A stretch of DNA of 64,000 nt, taken from Parcubacteria group bacterium. GTDB taxonomy: Bacteria; Patescibacteriota; Minisyncoccia; Moranbacterales; UBA11712. The stretch lies in NCBI GenBank assembly GCA_041659065.1, contig JBAZYY010000004.1:2406-66405 (forward strand). The letters run 5' to 3'. The translations under genes were made by a program, and so were the position numbers. This document shows positions 18,517 through 27,203 of this stretch, in pieces; the stretch's first letter is position 1, and every line of letters begins with the position of its first letter. The notes below the pieces were generated by a model that searched no databases, had not been told where the DNA came from, and worked only from the letters and a program-made list of their open reading frames with translations.

Positions 18517-18578
18517 CCCCGCACCACAACAATGATATTTTTTTGAAATTACGACAAAAATCATTCTGTGGTGCGGGG
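18517..18578. repeat. Perfect 12-bp inverted repeat (CCCCGCACCACA ... TGTGGTGCGGGG) with a 38-nt AT-rich loop, between convergent operons
   Basis: Read directly: 18517-18528 against 18567-18578. Confidence 0.5.
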
Positions 18579-18595
18579 TGAATAATTTCTATAAA

Positions 18596-18754
18596 TTATT
18601 CTTCCGGTGGCATTTCTGGAGTTGGCTCAGCTGGAACAGCTGGCTCTTCCGGAGTTGCTTCCGGCATAGTCGTAGGCTCATCCGCAGGAGGAGTCATTGG
18701 CGCAGTTTGAGTATCATCGCTCTGCGGAACTACCGGGTTCATGTCGTCTGTCAT
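18596..18754 (-). CDS. Small acidic Pro/Glu/Thr-rich protein (last ORF of the large minus-strand operon)
   Basis: MTDDMNPVVPQSDDTQTAPMTPPADEPTTMPEATPEEPAVPAEPTPEMPPEE. Low-complexity and disordered, so it could be non-coding. Confidence 0.3.
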   Translation of the reverse strand: MTDDMNPVVPQSDDTQTAPMTPPADEPTTMPEATPEEPAVPAEPTPEMPPEE

Positions 18755-18790
18755 GATGTTTGAATTAAAAATTAAAATATCAATTTTCAT

Positions 18791-21331
18791 TTATAACGGT
18801 TTCTCCCCCATGTCGAATGCGTCAGCGGTCGCAGGTGCGGTAATAAAGCTGGCCCGTTTCATAATCTCTTCATTAACTATATCACGATTCCGGCCGTATT
18901 TCAATTTTGAAAGCTCTTTAATAGCTTCGGCTATTTGCGGATTTCCTTTTGTGGGAGGATAAGTTTTCATATTGAACGGCGAAGCAACCTGGCTATTGAT
19001 CAAAAGTTTCATAAAGCAATTCCTGTTATCGACATTCATTAGGTCGTTCGCGTCAAAAACAGGCTCGTATTGCTTCTGCAAAAATTCCGCGTCCTCCGCG
19101 CCAACTCGGAACGAACAAATCGAACCGACATTCCCAAAGACAGCCTTTGAAATTTCTTCTTTGAGTTGGGCAATAAATTGGTGCGCTATTACCAACGCCA
19201 AACGGTATTTCCTGGCCTCCGAGAGTATCTGCGCAATCGAATCAGTCGTGAAATTTTGGAATTCATCGATATAGAGATAGAAATCTTTTCTTTCAGATTC
19301 CTGCATATCAACCCTTGAAAGAGCAGAGATAAGTATCTTCCCGACAATTATCATGCCGAGCAGATTCGCGTTAATTTCTCCAATCTTACCTTTCGACAAA
19401 TTGACCAGGATTATCTGCTGGTCATCCATCGCCTGCCGAAAATTGATGGTCGTTTTTTGCTGGGCGATAATCGGGCGCATCATGTCATTGGAGATGAACT
19501 GGGTAAGTTTTGAAGTGATATAAGGAACCATATTCGCGAGCGCCGCCTCTCCTCCGGCCTTTTCCGCTTCCTTCTCCCAAAAGTTTTTCACGACCGGATT
19601 TGTGCAATGTTCGAGCTTTAGATGCCTGAATTCCTCGTCCGCCAGCACCCTCGGGATTTCCATCAGCGTCGATCCGGATTCGGGATGTTCCATGACGAGA
19701 AGAGACGCATTTCGCATGTATTGCTCAAACATCGGTCCGCCGGTCTGGCGAAGATCGTAAAGTTTATCAAAAATATTAATAAGTTCGTTTATGACAAATG
19801 TTTTTTGCTCAGGTTTGGAAACGTCATATTCCAACATGTTAAGTCCAAATGGCCGTTCCATGTCTGACGGATCAAAATAAATCACGTCTTCGGCGCGCTC
19901 TTTAGGGATACACTCGGTCACATGCTCTATGAATTCCCCATGCGGATCAATAACACAGACTCCCTCGCCATTATTGATGTCCTGTTTTACCATTTCTTCC
20001 ATCATTGTCGATTTTCCTGTACCGGTTTGTCCAATAATATAGAAATGGCGCCGGCGATCGTCATCCGCGTGCCGAATCACTGTTTCCGCTCCCCTATAAT
20101 CATTGAACCCGAGCCTGATGCCCTCTTTCGAGATATTTGAAGGCGGAGCGGCAGTTCTGGCTTTGAGCCAGGATATCTTGGGTGTTTCAGTGGAAAAAAG
20201 CGGAAAATGGAAAACGCTCGTTACTTCCTCCGAAGAAAATATGAAGCTTTGATCATCCCTGAAATTTCGGAAGATAAAATCAAAAGCGACTCCTTTTTTC
20301 TTTCTGGGCCCGGTTTCGCGAAAGACCCGAAAAGAATTAATGCCCGGATTTTCGTATTGGATAAAAGCATTTTCAAGTTCGGCCAGAATTTCTTCAGATC
20401 GTTCCTGAGTAAGGGCTGAAGCAACCAGACGGATATTTGTGCGAAAACCCGGCTTGTTAGCTTTGGCTTCAACTTTCTTTATGACTTCTTGTTCTTCGGG
20501 AGTAAGCTGGATCGGTTCTCCGGTCGGACCGTACTTATTTTTATTTTTCTGGTCATCGCCCTTGTTCGTTAAAATTCCAAACAATCCCCTTAAGAATTGC
20601 CGGAAGGCGTTATCCCGCTTTACTTCGTCCAATCTCCTGCCTTGCTGCATTTTATGCGCCACTTCCCGCCCGCGGTGCCGCCAGCTTCCGCGCGCCGGCT
20701 TAACCAAAACCTGAATAGCCGCGCCTTCCTTCTTTTCGTCAAACTTGCCCAGGACATTAGTAATATTATTGATCGGATCCGACTCAAGAGTCTGATAAGT
20801 CCTGATGGGAAGAAAATATTTATCTTTGAGTTCAAGATAGGCTGATGATGTAAAACTTCCAGGCGTAAATATATTGTAATCCTTAACTCTTTCAATGGAA
20901 GCTTTGGGATAGAAACTATGGATTTGCTTCTCCACTATGCCAATGAACTTTTTGGGCGCACCGACAAAAAAACAAATTTCGTCGTTATCAGACGGATTGG
21001 CAATTTCCAGCGCCACCACCGCATCACCGTAAATCAACCGATGAAACAGGCTGGCGTTTTCTTTGATATTTCCAAGACTCGCCAGAACGTGCTCCATCAC
21101 GGATATTATTTCCTTTTCGGTTTTGGGCTGCTGCTGTTCCCCGCCCTGGCTTTCGCGCTTCAAAGGCCGACTGACTTTCACAATATCAATGTCCATGTTT
21201 AAAGAACGGGTAATCTGACCACGAAAAAGAAACAGACTCCGAAAAAGCAGCCATAGGCCGGTAGCAAGACTAATAACAGCCAATAGTCCGGCTAACGGAT
21301 ATAAAATTAGATTCAAGCCAAGTGTATCCAT
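18791..21331 (-). CDS. Membrane-anchored FtsK/HerA-TraG/VirD4 superfamily P-loop translocase ATPase (T4 coupling-protein-like) with a ~430-aa unique N-terminal domain
   Basis: N-terminal TM (LILYPLAGLLAVISLATGLWLLF). Walker A HFYIIGQTGTGKST. Walker B FYLYIDEFQNF. This is followed by LALVIAHQ and a ...CSFRVGAEDAEFL arrangement as in FtsK/TrwB motors. No gamma/winged-helix domain is evident. Confidence 0.7.
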   Translation of the reverse strand: MDTLGLNLILYPLAGLLAVISLATGLWLLFRSLFLFRGQITRSLNMDIDIVKVSRPLKRESQGGEQQQPKTEKEIISVMEHVLASLGNIKENASLFHRLIYGDAVVALEIANPSDNDEICFFVGAPKKFIGIVEKQIHSFYPKASIERVKDYNIFTPGSFTSSAYLELKDKYFLPIRTYQTLESDPINNITNVLGKFDEKKEGAAIQVLVKPARGSWRHRGREVAHKMQQGRRLDEVKRDNAFRQFLRGLFGILTNKGDDQKNKNKYGPTGEPIQLTPEEQEVIKKVEAKANKPGFRTNIRLVASALTQERSEEILAELENAFIQYENPGINSFRVFRETGPRKKKGVAFDFIFRNFRDDQSFIFSSEEVTSVFHFPLFSTETPKISWLKARTAAPPSNISKEGIRLGFNDYRGAETVIRHADDDRRRHFYIIGQTGTGKSTMMEEMVKQDINNGEGVCVIDPHGEFIEHVTECIPKERAEDVIYFDPSDMERPFGLNMLEYDVSKPEQKTFVINELINIFDKLYDLRQTGGPMFEQYMRNASLLVMEHPESGSTLMEIPRVLADEEFRHLKLEHCTNPVVKNFWEKEAEKAGGEAALANMVPYITSKLTQFISNDMMRPIIAQQKTTINFRQAMDDQQIILVNLSKGKIGEINANLLGMIIVGKILISALSRVDMQESERKDFYLYIDEFQNFTTDSIAQILSEARKYRLALVIAHQFIAQLKEEISKAVFGNVGSICSFRVGAEDAEFLQKQYEPVFDANDLMNVDNRNCFMKLLINSQVASPFNMKTYPPTKGNPQIAEAIKELSKLKYGRNRDIVNEEIMKRASFITAPATADAFDMGEKPL

Positions 21332-21402
21332 TTGTTAATAGAATTGCGAATAGGGAATTCTGAATTGCGAATTAGAATATTGAATATTAGGATAAAATCC
21401 TT

Positions 21403-21801
21403 TCAGGATTCAAACTTATTAATCCTAGTTGCTTTAATAAGGCCAATAATTAGCTTATGACAAACAACAGTTTGATTGGCAATTTTCATAAATTCGGAAT
21501 TGGATAAATAGCCAACATCTCTGGCTACAAGAGTTTGATTCTGGATTTCTATCAGAGAAGTATGCGATGTGTTATAATATTTATTTTTTTCCTTCGAAGA
21601 ATGCTTCGCGAAACCTTCCGCTATATTTGAAGTAAAAGAAACGACAGCTCGGTTAAGCTGATTAGATAAACCAAATTTTTCACAATCAGGAAATTTTTTC
21701 GTGGTAGTATAAATCAATAAAACTAGCTTATGCCCCTCCTGCCACACAACTAAATCAGTGAACTTTGTTATTTTTCTAAATTCGTTACTCTTGATTCCCA
21801 T
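21403..21801 (-). CDS. Four-helix-bundle protein (23S rRNA IVS protein / Avd-like family)
   Basis: Family signature DLVVWQEGHKLVLLIYTTTKKFPDCEKFGLSNQLNRAVVSFTSNIAEGFAK. Flanked by AATTC-rich degenerate repeats. Confidence 0.8.
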   Translation of the reverse strand: MGIKSNEFRKITKFTDLVVWQEGHKLVLLIYTTTKKFPDCEKFGLSNQLNRAVVSFTSNIAEGFAKHSSKEKNKYYNTSHTSLIEIQNQTLVARDVGYLSNSEFMKIANQTVVCHKLIIGLIKATRINKFES

Positions 21802-21822
21802 TCCAAATTCCCAATTCTAAAT

Positions 21823-22317
21823 TCACAATTCTTTTAACAACCCCTTACTGACCAGCTGTGAACGAAGATCATCCGCTATCATGCGGTCGTGCAGTTCGTC
21901 CAGAGTGTAATTGTCATTCGCATCCAGATGTTCGGCAACTTTAATGGCATGTTCCGGCCCTCTTTGAAGCGCCAGTTCAACCAGCTTATCGAGTTTTTTT
22001 TCATATTCATCAATCTGAGAAACAGCCTTCGCGTCGTCCGTCACGCTGGTAACCGCTGCCGGTTTTTGAGTGTTTAAGGTTTTTCGAGCTGTTTCAATTT
22101 TCTCCGAGACTTTCTCTTCTTGTGCCTCAACCTTGAACTCCCCTTCAGGCGAAACTCCCTCAGTTTCTTTGGATTCCGACTCTGCAAAAGTTTCTTTTTC
22201 CTGCTCCTGTGGCTCTTTGGCTTCAGGAGCTATAAATCCGCCGCCTACCCCGGTCATTTTTTTCTTTAAATCAAGATCCTCCTTTTCAATTGGCTCCTGG
22301 TAATTTGATTGCGCCAT
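21823..22317 (-). CDS. Acidic E/K-rich hypothetical protein (164 aa)
   Basis: Co-oriented in the operon. Low-complexity N-terminus and a structured C-terminus (AIKVAEHLDANDNYTLDELHDRMIADDLRSQLVSKGLLKEL). Confidence 0.5.
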   Translation of the reverse strand: MAQSNYQEPIEKEDLDLKKKMTGVGGGFIAPEAKEPQEQEKETFAESESKETEGVSPEGEFKVEAQEEKVSEKIETARKTLNTQKPAAVTSVTDDAKAVSQIDEYEKKLDKLVELALQRGPEHAIKVAEHLDANDNYTLDELHDRMIADDLRSQLVSKGLLKEL

Positions 22318-22358
22318 GGATTTTTAGCATTAAATTCAAAAATGTTCTTGTATCAAGT

Positions 22359-22712
22359 TTACTCTGCCGCCAGCTGTTCTTCTCCCTTTTCTGTATCTGC
22401 TCCGCCGAAACTATCCAGATCTTCCTTTATTTCCGCCTTGAACTCATCTACAACTTTTTTCACGAAATCGTCGTAATTCTCAATTTTTTCCCGTAAAAAA
22501 ACTTCCACTTTTTCTTCTTCGGCTTTATTGTCAAGTAAATCCATCAGCGCGCCCCGATCTTCCTCTGAAAGTTTTTCCATCGTTTCTATATACAGCCGCT
22601 TCAGAATCACTTCCATCATATCAACCAAAATTTTTTCTTTTCTCTCTTCGGGCAAATCTACAATACCCAGTTCGTCCAAAATCGTTTGTTTTAAGATTGT
22701 ACTTTGAGACAT
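22359..22712 (-). CDS. Acidic hypothetical protein (117 aa)
   Basis: Co-oriented. Helical and acidic (pI visibly low). No family recognised. Confidence 0.5.
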   Translation of the reverse strand: MSQSTILKQTILDELGIVDLPEERKEKILVDMMEVILKRLYIETMEKLSEEDRGALMDLLDNKAEEEKVEVFLREKIENYDDFVKKVVDEFKAEIKEDLDSFGGADTEKGEEQLAAE

Positions 22713-22728
22713 AAATTCAATTTAATAC

Positions 22729-25140
22729 TTATAATTTATAAATATTCCTTAGCTCGACTATCTTTTCATGCGGAATTTTAATTAGATAATCTCTCATGTC
22801 TTGCCCCGGCCTGTAAGGAAATTTTTTAAAGAGTTCTGCAAGAAACTTGGCGCTTTTTTGATTATATTCTCCTTCGGCAAAAGTTAAATTTTCTGGCAAT
22901 GAACCGCTGGGCAGCGTAGCAAAACTTTTGACCGCCTCGGCAACATTTTCAACTTTTTCCGACAACCTAAAACTATTTCCAATAGATTTTTTCATCACAT
23001 GCTGCAGATACTCATAATTAGTCCTTAGATCATCCATCGCCATGGAGTGGGCTTGGGCATCCAATTCGTCTGGCTGCAATACATATTCCCTAATTTTCGC
23101 GTTTTCATCTAGAATTTTTTGAGCCGCAATCTCCCTGGGAGAACGAGTAACGCCCTTGCGTGCGCCTGCTTCCTCCGCATTATATGATCCCCTACCCTTT
23201 GAAGGAATTTCCGACGCAGAACTTCTTGCTCCAGCTCCATGATGCATTTTTACCGCTTCATGCCCCCCACTGCCTGATCCGCGATTCCAATTCGTATCAA
23301 AAATCATTCCTCGTCCGGAAGTATCATCTACGGAAACGTCGATTATCCCGCCTTTTCCAATTGACATATGGAATTTGTCACCCGGATGGATTATATGCCT
23401 AAGGTGGCTCATTTCATCCGCATTATATTCCAACCCAAATTTATCCAATAAATTCGGCAGAGCCTGGCCCATTGTTTTTGATGCTGCGAATTTTTCCAGC
23501 GCTTGATTTTTGCTCATGCCCGGATAATTTTTAGGATCAAAACCGCATTTATCAGCATTCGCTTTGATGAAGTTTTTTAGAATTCCATAAGTTGTGTCAC
23601 CCGGTTCTACTTTATAATTAGCCTCAGCCAACTTTTCGATCGCCTGGCCAGCTTTTGCTCCCTCGCCAGTCGGAATTTCTGGACCTCCAACATTTTTAGG
23701 CCCTGCTGCGGAGGAATCGGCCATAACCTTGAATTCATGAGATCCTTTTCCGCCCGTTATCTCGGGTCCTTTTGGATCTACCGGCCCAAATTCGGATGAA
23801 TCCCCCATGATTGGCGGAAATTTCGATCCTTTTCCTGCAGTAGTTGAGATATCAGCTGCATACGCCGCTTTCGGTCCGATACTCATCCCTCCCCAAAGGC
23901 TCACGACTTTATCAAGCGCATGTCCGACTGAATGTCTTGCTGATTGAACAGTCTCAGAAGCCCTAATTTCTCCCGCAAAATGACTGATTAGGGACCCTAA
24001 CAAAAAAGTTCCTCCGCCAATCAAGATTGCATACAGTTTATGTTTAGCATCGGCCTCTCCGAAAGCTGCTTCTCGATCCTCAACAGTCATTTGCTCATCT
24101 GTTTTATGCCTATTCTCAAGCCCATTTACGATATCCTTCCACCTTAGATCCGTTTTCTGCTTTATAAGCGCTAACTTGGCTTCCACTCTTCGGGCAGTTT
24201 CTATCTTCACTTTTTCAAGATGGGCAGTTTCCATCTTCTTTTTCGCGGAATAACCGGCTCCTAACGCCCCGAATCCTCTCATCCCAATAGCCGTGATGCT
24301 GCCTGCGCTTAATCCCAAAGCGGCAATGCCTAAAGCAGGCAGAGCTGCTCCTAACGCTGTAGCTATGGCAATCGAAATGCCAGCTGAAGTCGCCATCCCC
24401 TTCGCGAAGCTCTTCAATGTCGTTTTTCCATTCTCTTGATATTTGCTCCCAACCCATGTCCTGAAATTCTTGCTTAAATTTGCAAAACCGACTAAGGCCC
24501 GGCCAGTCAGGCTGCTTTCTGCCCGCATATCTACTTCCGCGTTTCTAGTTCTATTTGATATGGTTTCTTTGTCATAGTGATCCAAAAACTGCGCCATTTT
24601 CCTGTCGTTCCCCTTGAAAGCTCCCAAGCCCGCATCCATGAGCGCGTTCAGCAGTAATTCTCTTTTATTTACACATGCTTGAACGGACGGATCGTGCACC
24701 ATCTTTTTTTCCCATCCAATAGCCTCGGCAATTACCTGCCATGATTTCTTGTTTTTGAATCGCCCTTCGGCAATCATTCTTTCATTGGCTTCAAATTCTG
24801 CCTGCGCTTTTTCATACATTTCTCTCCTTCTCTGACCTTCCTTCATCTTTTTTGCTAAATCTTCCTTTGTCAGCGGCTTACCCTCTGCTTTTCCATGCTT
24901 ATCCGGGTCATATTTAACAACTTCTTGGTTCGTCCGGCTGCCACGTGTTCCAATCTCTTTTCCATGGCTCGCCGTGCCATAATGGACTTTATCAGGCGCA
25001 ATTTTAAGATCAGGTTTTCTGCCAGGATAATTATCAGCCGCTCCAGTCGGAATAGGATTTCCATATTTTTCATCAACTTTACCCAGCGACTGTTTAAATT
25101 GTGCTCCAAAATCTGGTGGTAATATTTCGGGGTTACCCAT
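22729..25140 (-). CDS. 803-aa hypothetical protein with a central glycine-zipper TM hairpin and a LysM-like segment
   Basis: AGISIAIATALGAALPALGIAALGLSAGSITAIGMRGFGALGAG and LYAILIGGGTFLLGSLISHFAG hydrophobic segments. YKVEPGDTTYGILKNFIKA resembles the LysM core. The remainder is unannotatable. Confidence 0.6.
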   Translation of the reverse strand: MGNPEILPPDFGAQFKQSLGKVDEKYGNPIPTGAADNYPGRKPDLKIAPDKVHYGTASHGKEIGTRGSRTNQEVVKYDPDKHGKAEGKPLTKEDLAKKMKEGQRRREMYEKAQAEFEANERMIAEGRFKNKKSWQVIAEAIGWEKKMVHDPSVQACVNKRELLLNALMDAGLGAFKGNDRKMAQFLDHYDKETISNRTRNAEVDMRAESSLTGRALVGFANLSKNFRTWVGSKYQENGKTTLKSFAKGMATSAGISIAIATALGAALPALGIAALGLSAGSITAIGMRGFGALGAGYSAKKKMETAHLEKVKIETARRVEAKLALIKQKTDLRWKDIVNGLENRHKTDEQMTVEDREAAFGEADAKHKLYAILIGGGTFLLGSLISHFAGEIRASETVQSARHSVGHALDKVVSLWGGMSIGPKAAYAADISTTAGKGSKFPPIMGDSSEFGPVDPKGPEITGGKGSHEFKVMADSSAAGPKNVGGPEIPTGEGAKAGQAIEKLAEANYKVEPGDTTYGILKNFIKANADKCGFDPKNYPGMSKNQALEKFAASKTMGQALPNLLDKFGLEYNADEMSHLRHIIHPGDKFHMSIGKGGIIDVSVDDTSGRGMIFDTNWNRGSGSGGHEAVKMHHGAGARSSASEIPSKGRGSYNAEEAGARKGVTRSPREIAAQKILDENAKIREYVLQPDELDAQAHSMAMDDLRTNYEYLQHVMKKSIGNSFRLSEKVENVAEAVKSFATLPSGSLPENLTFAEGEYNQKSAKFLAELFKKFPYRPGQDMRDYLIKIPHEKIVELRNIYKL

Positions 25141-25142
25141 AA

Positions 25143-27197
25143 CTAGTGTTTTATATTTCTATATATTTTATTATATATCCTATCTATCATTTCGTCACGA
25201 TTTGCACCCTCGAAAGCCTCCTGCTGAGCAAGGGATTCTTCGTATACTCTGCCAATATAATTTTTTAATAATCTTTCAATAGCTTCTTCGCCATCGTAAT
25301 TCTCCTCCGGCATCCTATTGACCGCATCCTGATATTCATCCAAATAATCCCTAATTCTTTTACCCTTATCATCTCTAAACAAAATTAACGCATCAATATA
25401 TTCATCTTGCCTTCTTAGTTTTTCTGCTTCTGACATCTCGACAGCATCAGCTTCTTCCGCTTGAGGCGCTGTAATTTCTAATAATTTTCTTATCTTTATA
25501 TTTATAATCATCTCCACAATATTATCGACATCCGCCTGATTTTTTATAATATAATCCGCTCTTTCCAATTCCAATATAGGTAAGTGAGATTTAGTTAACA
25601 TACCTAAAGCATCAGAAATTAGAGAATCTTTTTTGCTCCTAATTTCTTCCGCAACTGCCTTTATCACGTCGTTGTCAATAATTAATCCCATTTCTCCCCC
25701 AATTTTAATTACTCTTTCGGCCAGGTCATCCCCTTCTCTCCCTCCAGGTTGTAAAAGGACGAGGAGTTTATCCTTAACATATTCGCCTATTGCAAAATTT
25801 TTTCTCTTTTTTTCTTGATTCTCGCGATCTTTTGCCATAGCCTCTTTAAAGCTGTCCTCCATTTGATAGCCTGTGTTTCCGGATAAATTTCTCATCACAT
25901 CTTCCAGCGTTGTTTTCAACGGACCCTCTCCCTTTTTCTTCGTTATTAGATGATATCTGTCGCTCACTCGAAAACCTTCTGAAAGCGTAAAGTTCATGCT
26001 CTTAGTCGTCTGAATAGAGCAAAAACCTCCGCTCTCGTCACTGTTATAAATTACATATCCCCCGAAGCCGAAATATCGAGCCGCGATATAACCCATCTTG
26101 ACTCTCGGTCCCCTGTGGATACCACTTGCATCCACTCTTCCCAAATCAACCAGCACATCGCCGTGCAAGGTATCTCCGGTTTTCAGCACAAAACCTTCCT
26201 CCTTCATTTTTTCAATGGAACCTTTTGAATATCGGTCACGTTCAAGGATAAGATTCTTCTGAGCTTCTTTGAATTTACACGGCTTGCCTGTCTTCGGATC
26301 CGTGTAGACTAAGTTCTTCAGGTAGTTTGGATCCATTTTCTCATATGGGCTGAATTCGGAGTTAATTAACATCTGTTCCTTGAAAATCTGCAGTATTTGG
26401 TCGCTATTTAGATATTTCCTGAGACCCATCAAATTCTGGTGATAATTTTCAAAAATATCTTTGACTTCCTTATCTTTATAATTCATATTGTCTTCTTTGG
26501 TGGCGAATTCAACGATTCTTTCCAGAATTTTCGAATCTTTTAGGAGGCCGAACTCCACCAGCCCCTTGTAGATAAATTTCGCCGTACTATCCTCTCCGGA
26601 TGACCTGTCTTTGTCGCTAACAACCATTAATTTACCATCGTTTTTTAAAACCCATCCCTGATCTTTGGAAACATCGAATGCAAAACCGGCCTCAGGTAAT
26701 TTAGATTCATCGTCCTGGGGTATATAATTTACTTTCGAGATATCAATCCCAGCTTCACTGAGAAGCGCCAGGCAAACTTGGCCATCGAGATCGGTTTTAT
26801 CTTTAAGCTCGACTTCTCCTGTTTTGGCATCAGTTCTCAATTTGCCATGAGTGATAAGCGCCCTGAAAACAAACTCCTTCGCTTTTTCCCCGATTAATTC
26901 ATCCGCTTTTTCTTGCACCTCTTTATTATTAAGGCCTTCGCCCGCCAGATCTCTGAATGTTAAGCTAGGATCGTTTTCCAGCACCATTCGCGCTGGAAGT
27001 CTAGCTACTCCCGACACCCCACCAGGCTTCGGATCAGAAACAGCTCTCTCTTCTTCCGGCCCAAAATAGTGCTTCTTAACTTGTCTCACACCAAAAGGAA
27101 CCTTCTTGGTTTTTTCAGACAGCTTTGACATTAAATCCTGATCTAGCTTTCCTAGAGCTTCTGCAGTTTCAGGATTAATTTTAAGTAGTTCTATCAT
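25143..27197 (-). CDS. 684-aa hypothetical soluble protein
   Basis: Long ORF 2 nt upstream of the next gene. No P-loop, TM or known motif recognised. Confidence 0.6.
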   Translation of the reverse strand: MIELLKINPETAEALGKLDQDLMSKLSEKTKKVPFGVRQVKKHYFGPEEERAVSDPKPGGVSGVARLPARMVLENDPSLTFRDLAGEGLNNKEVQEKADELIGEKAKEFVFRALITHGKLRTDAKTGEVELKDKTDLDGQVCLALLSEAGIDISKVNYIPQDDESKLPEAGFAFDVSKDQGWVLKNDGKLMVVSDKDRSSGEDSTAKFIYKGLVEFGLLKDSKILERIVEFATKEDNMNYKDKEVKDIFENYHQNLMGLRKYLNSDQILQIFKEQMLINSEFSPYEKMDPNYLKNLVYTDPKTGKPCKFKEAQKNLILERDRYSKGSIEKMKEEGFVLKTGDTLHGDVLVDLGRVDASGIHRGPRVKMGYIAARYFGFGGYVIYNSDESGGFCSIQTTKSMNFTLSEGFRVSDRYHLITKKKGEGPLKTTLEDVMRNLSGNTGYQMEDSFKEAMAKDRENQEKKRKNFAIGEYVKDKLLVLLQPGGREGDDLAERVIKIGGEMGLIIDNDVIKAVAEEIRSKKDSLISDALGMLTKSHLPILELERADYIIKNQADVDNIVEMIINIKIRKLLEITAPQAEEADAVEMSEAEKLRRQDEYIDALILFRDDKGKRIRDYLDEYQDAVNRMPEENYDGEEAIERLLKNYIGRVYEESLAQQEAFEGANRDEMIDRIYNKIYRNIKH

Positions 27198-27203
27198 ATA
27201 ATT

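Noticed and set aside
18791-21331. Calling the 846-aa ATPase a VirB4 / complete T4SS marker
   Set aside because: The N-terminal TM anchor and the DEF(Q)N Walker B with an FtsK/TrwB-like downstream region fit the coupling-protein/FtsK clade rather than VirB4. No other T4SS components are recognisable.
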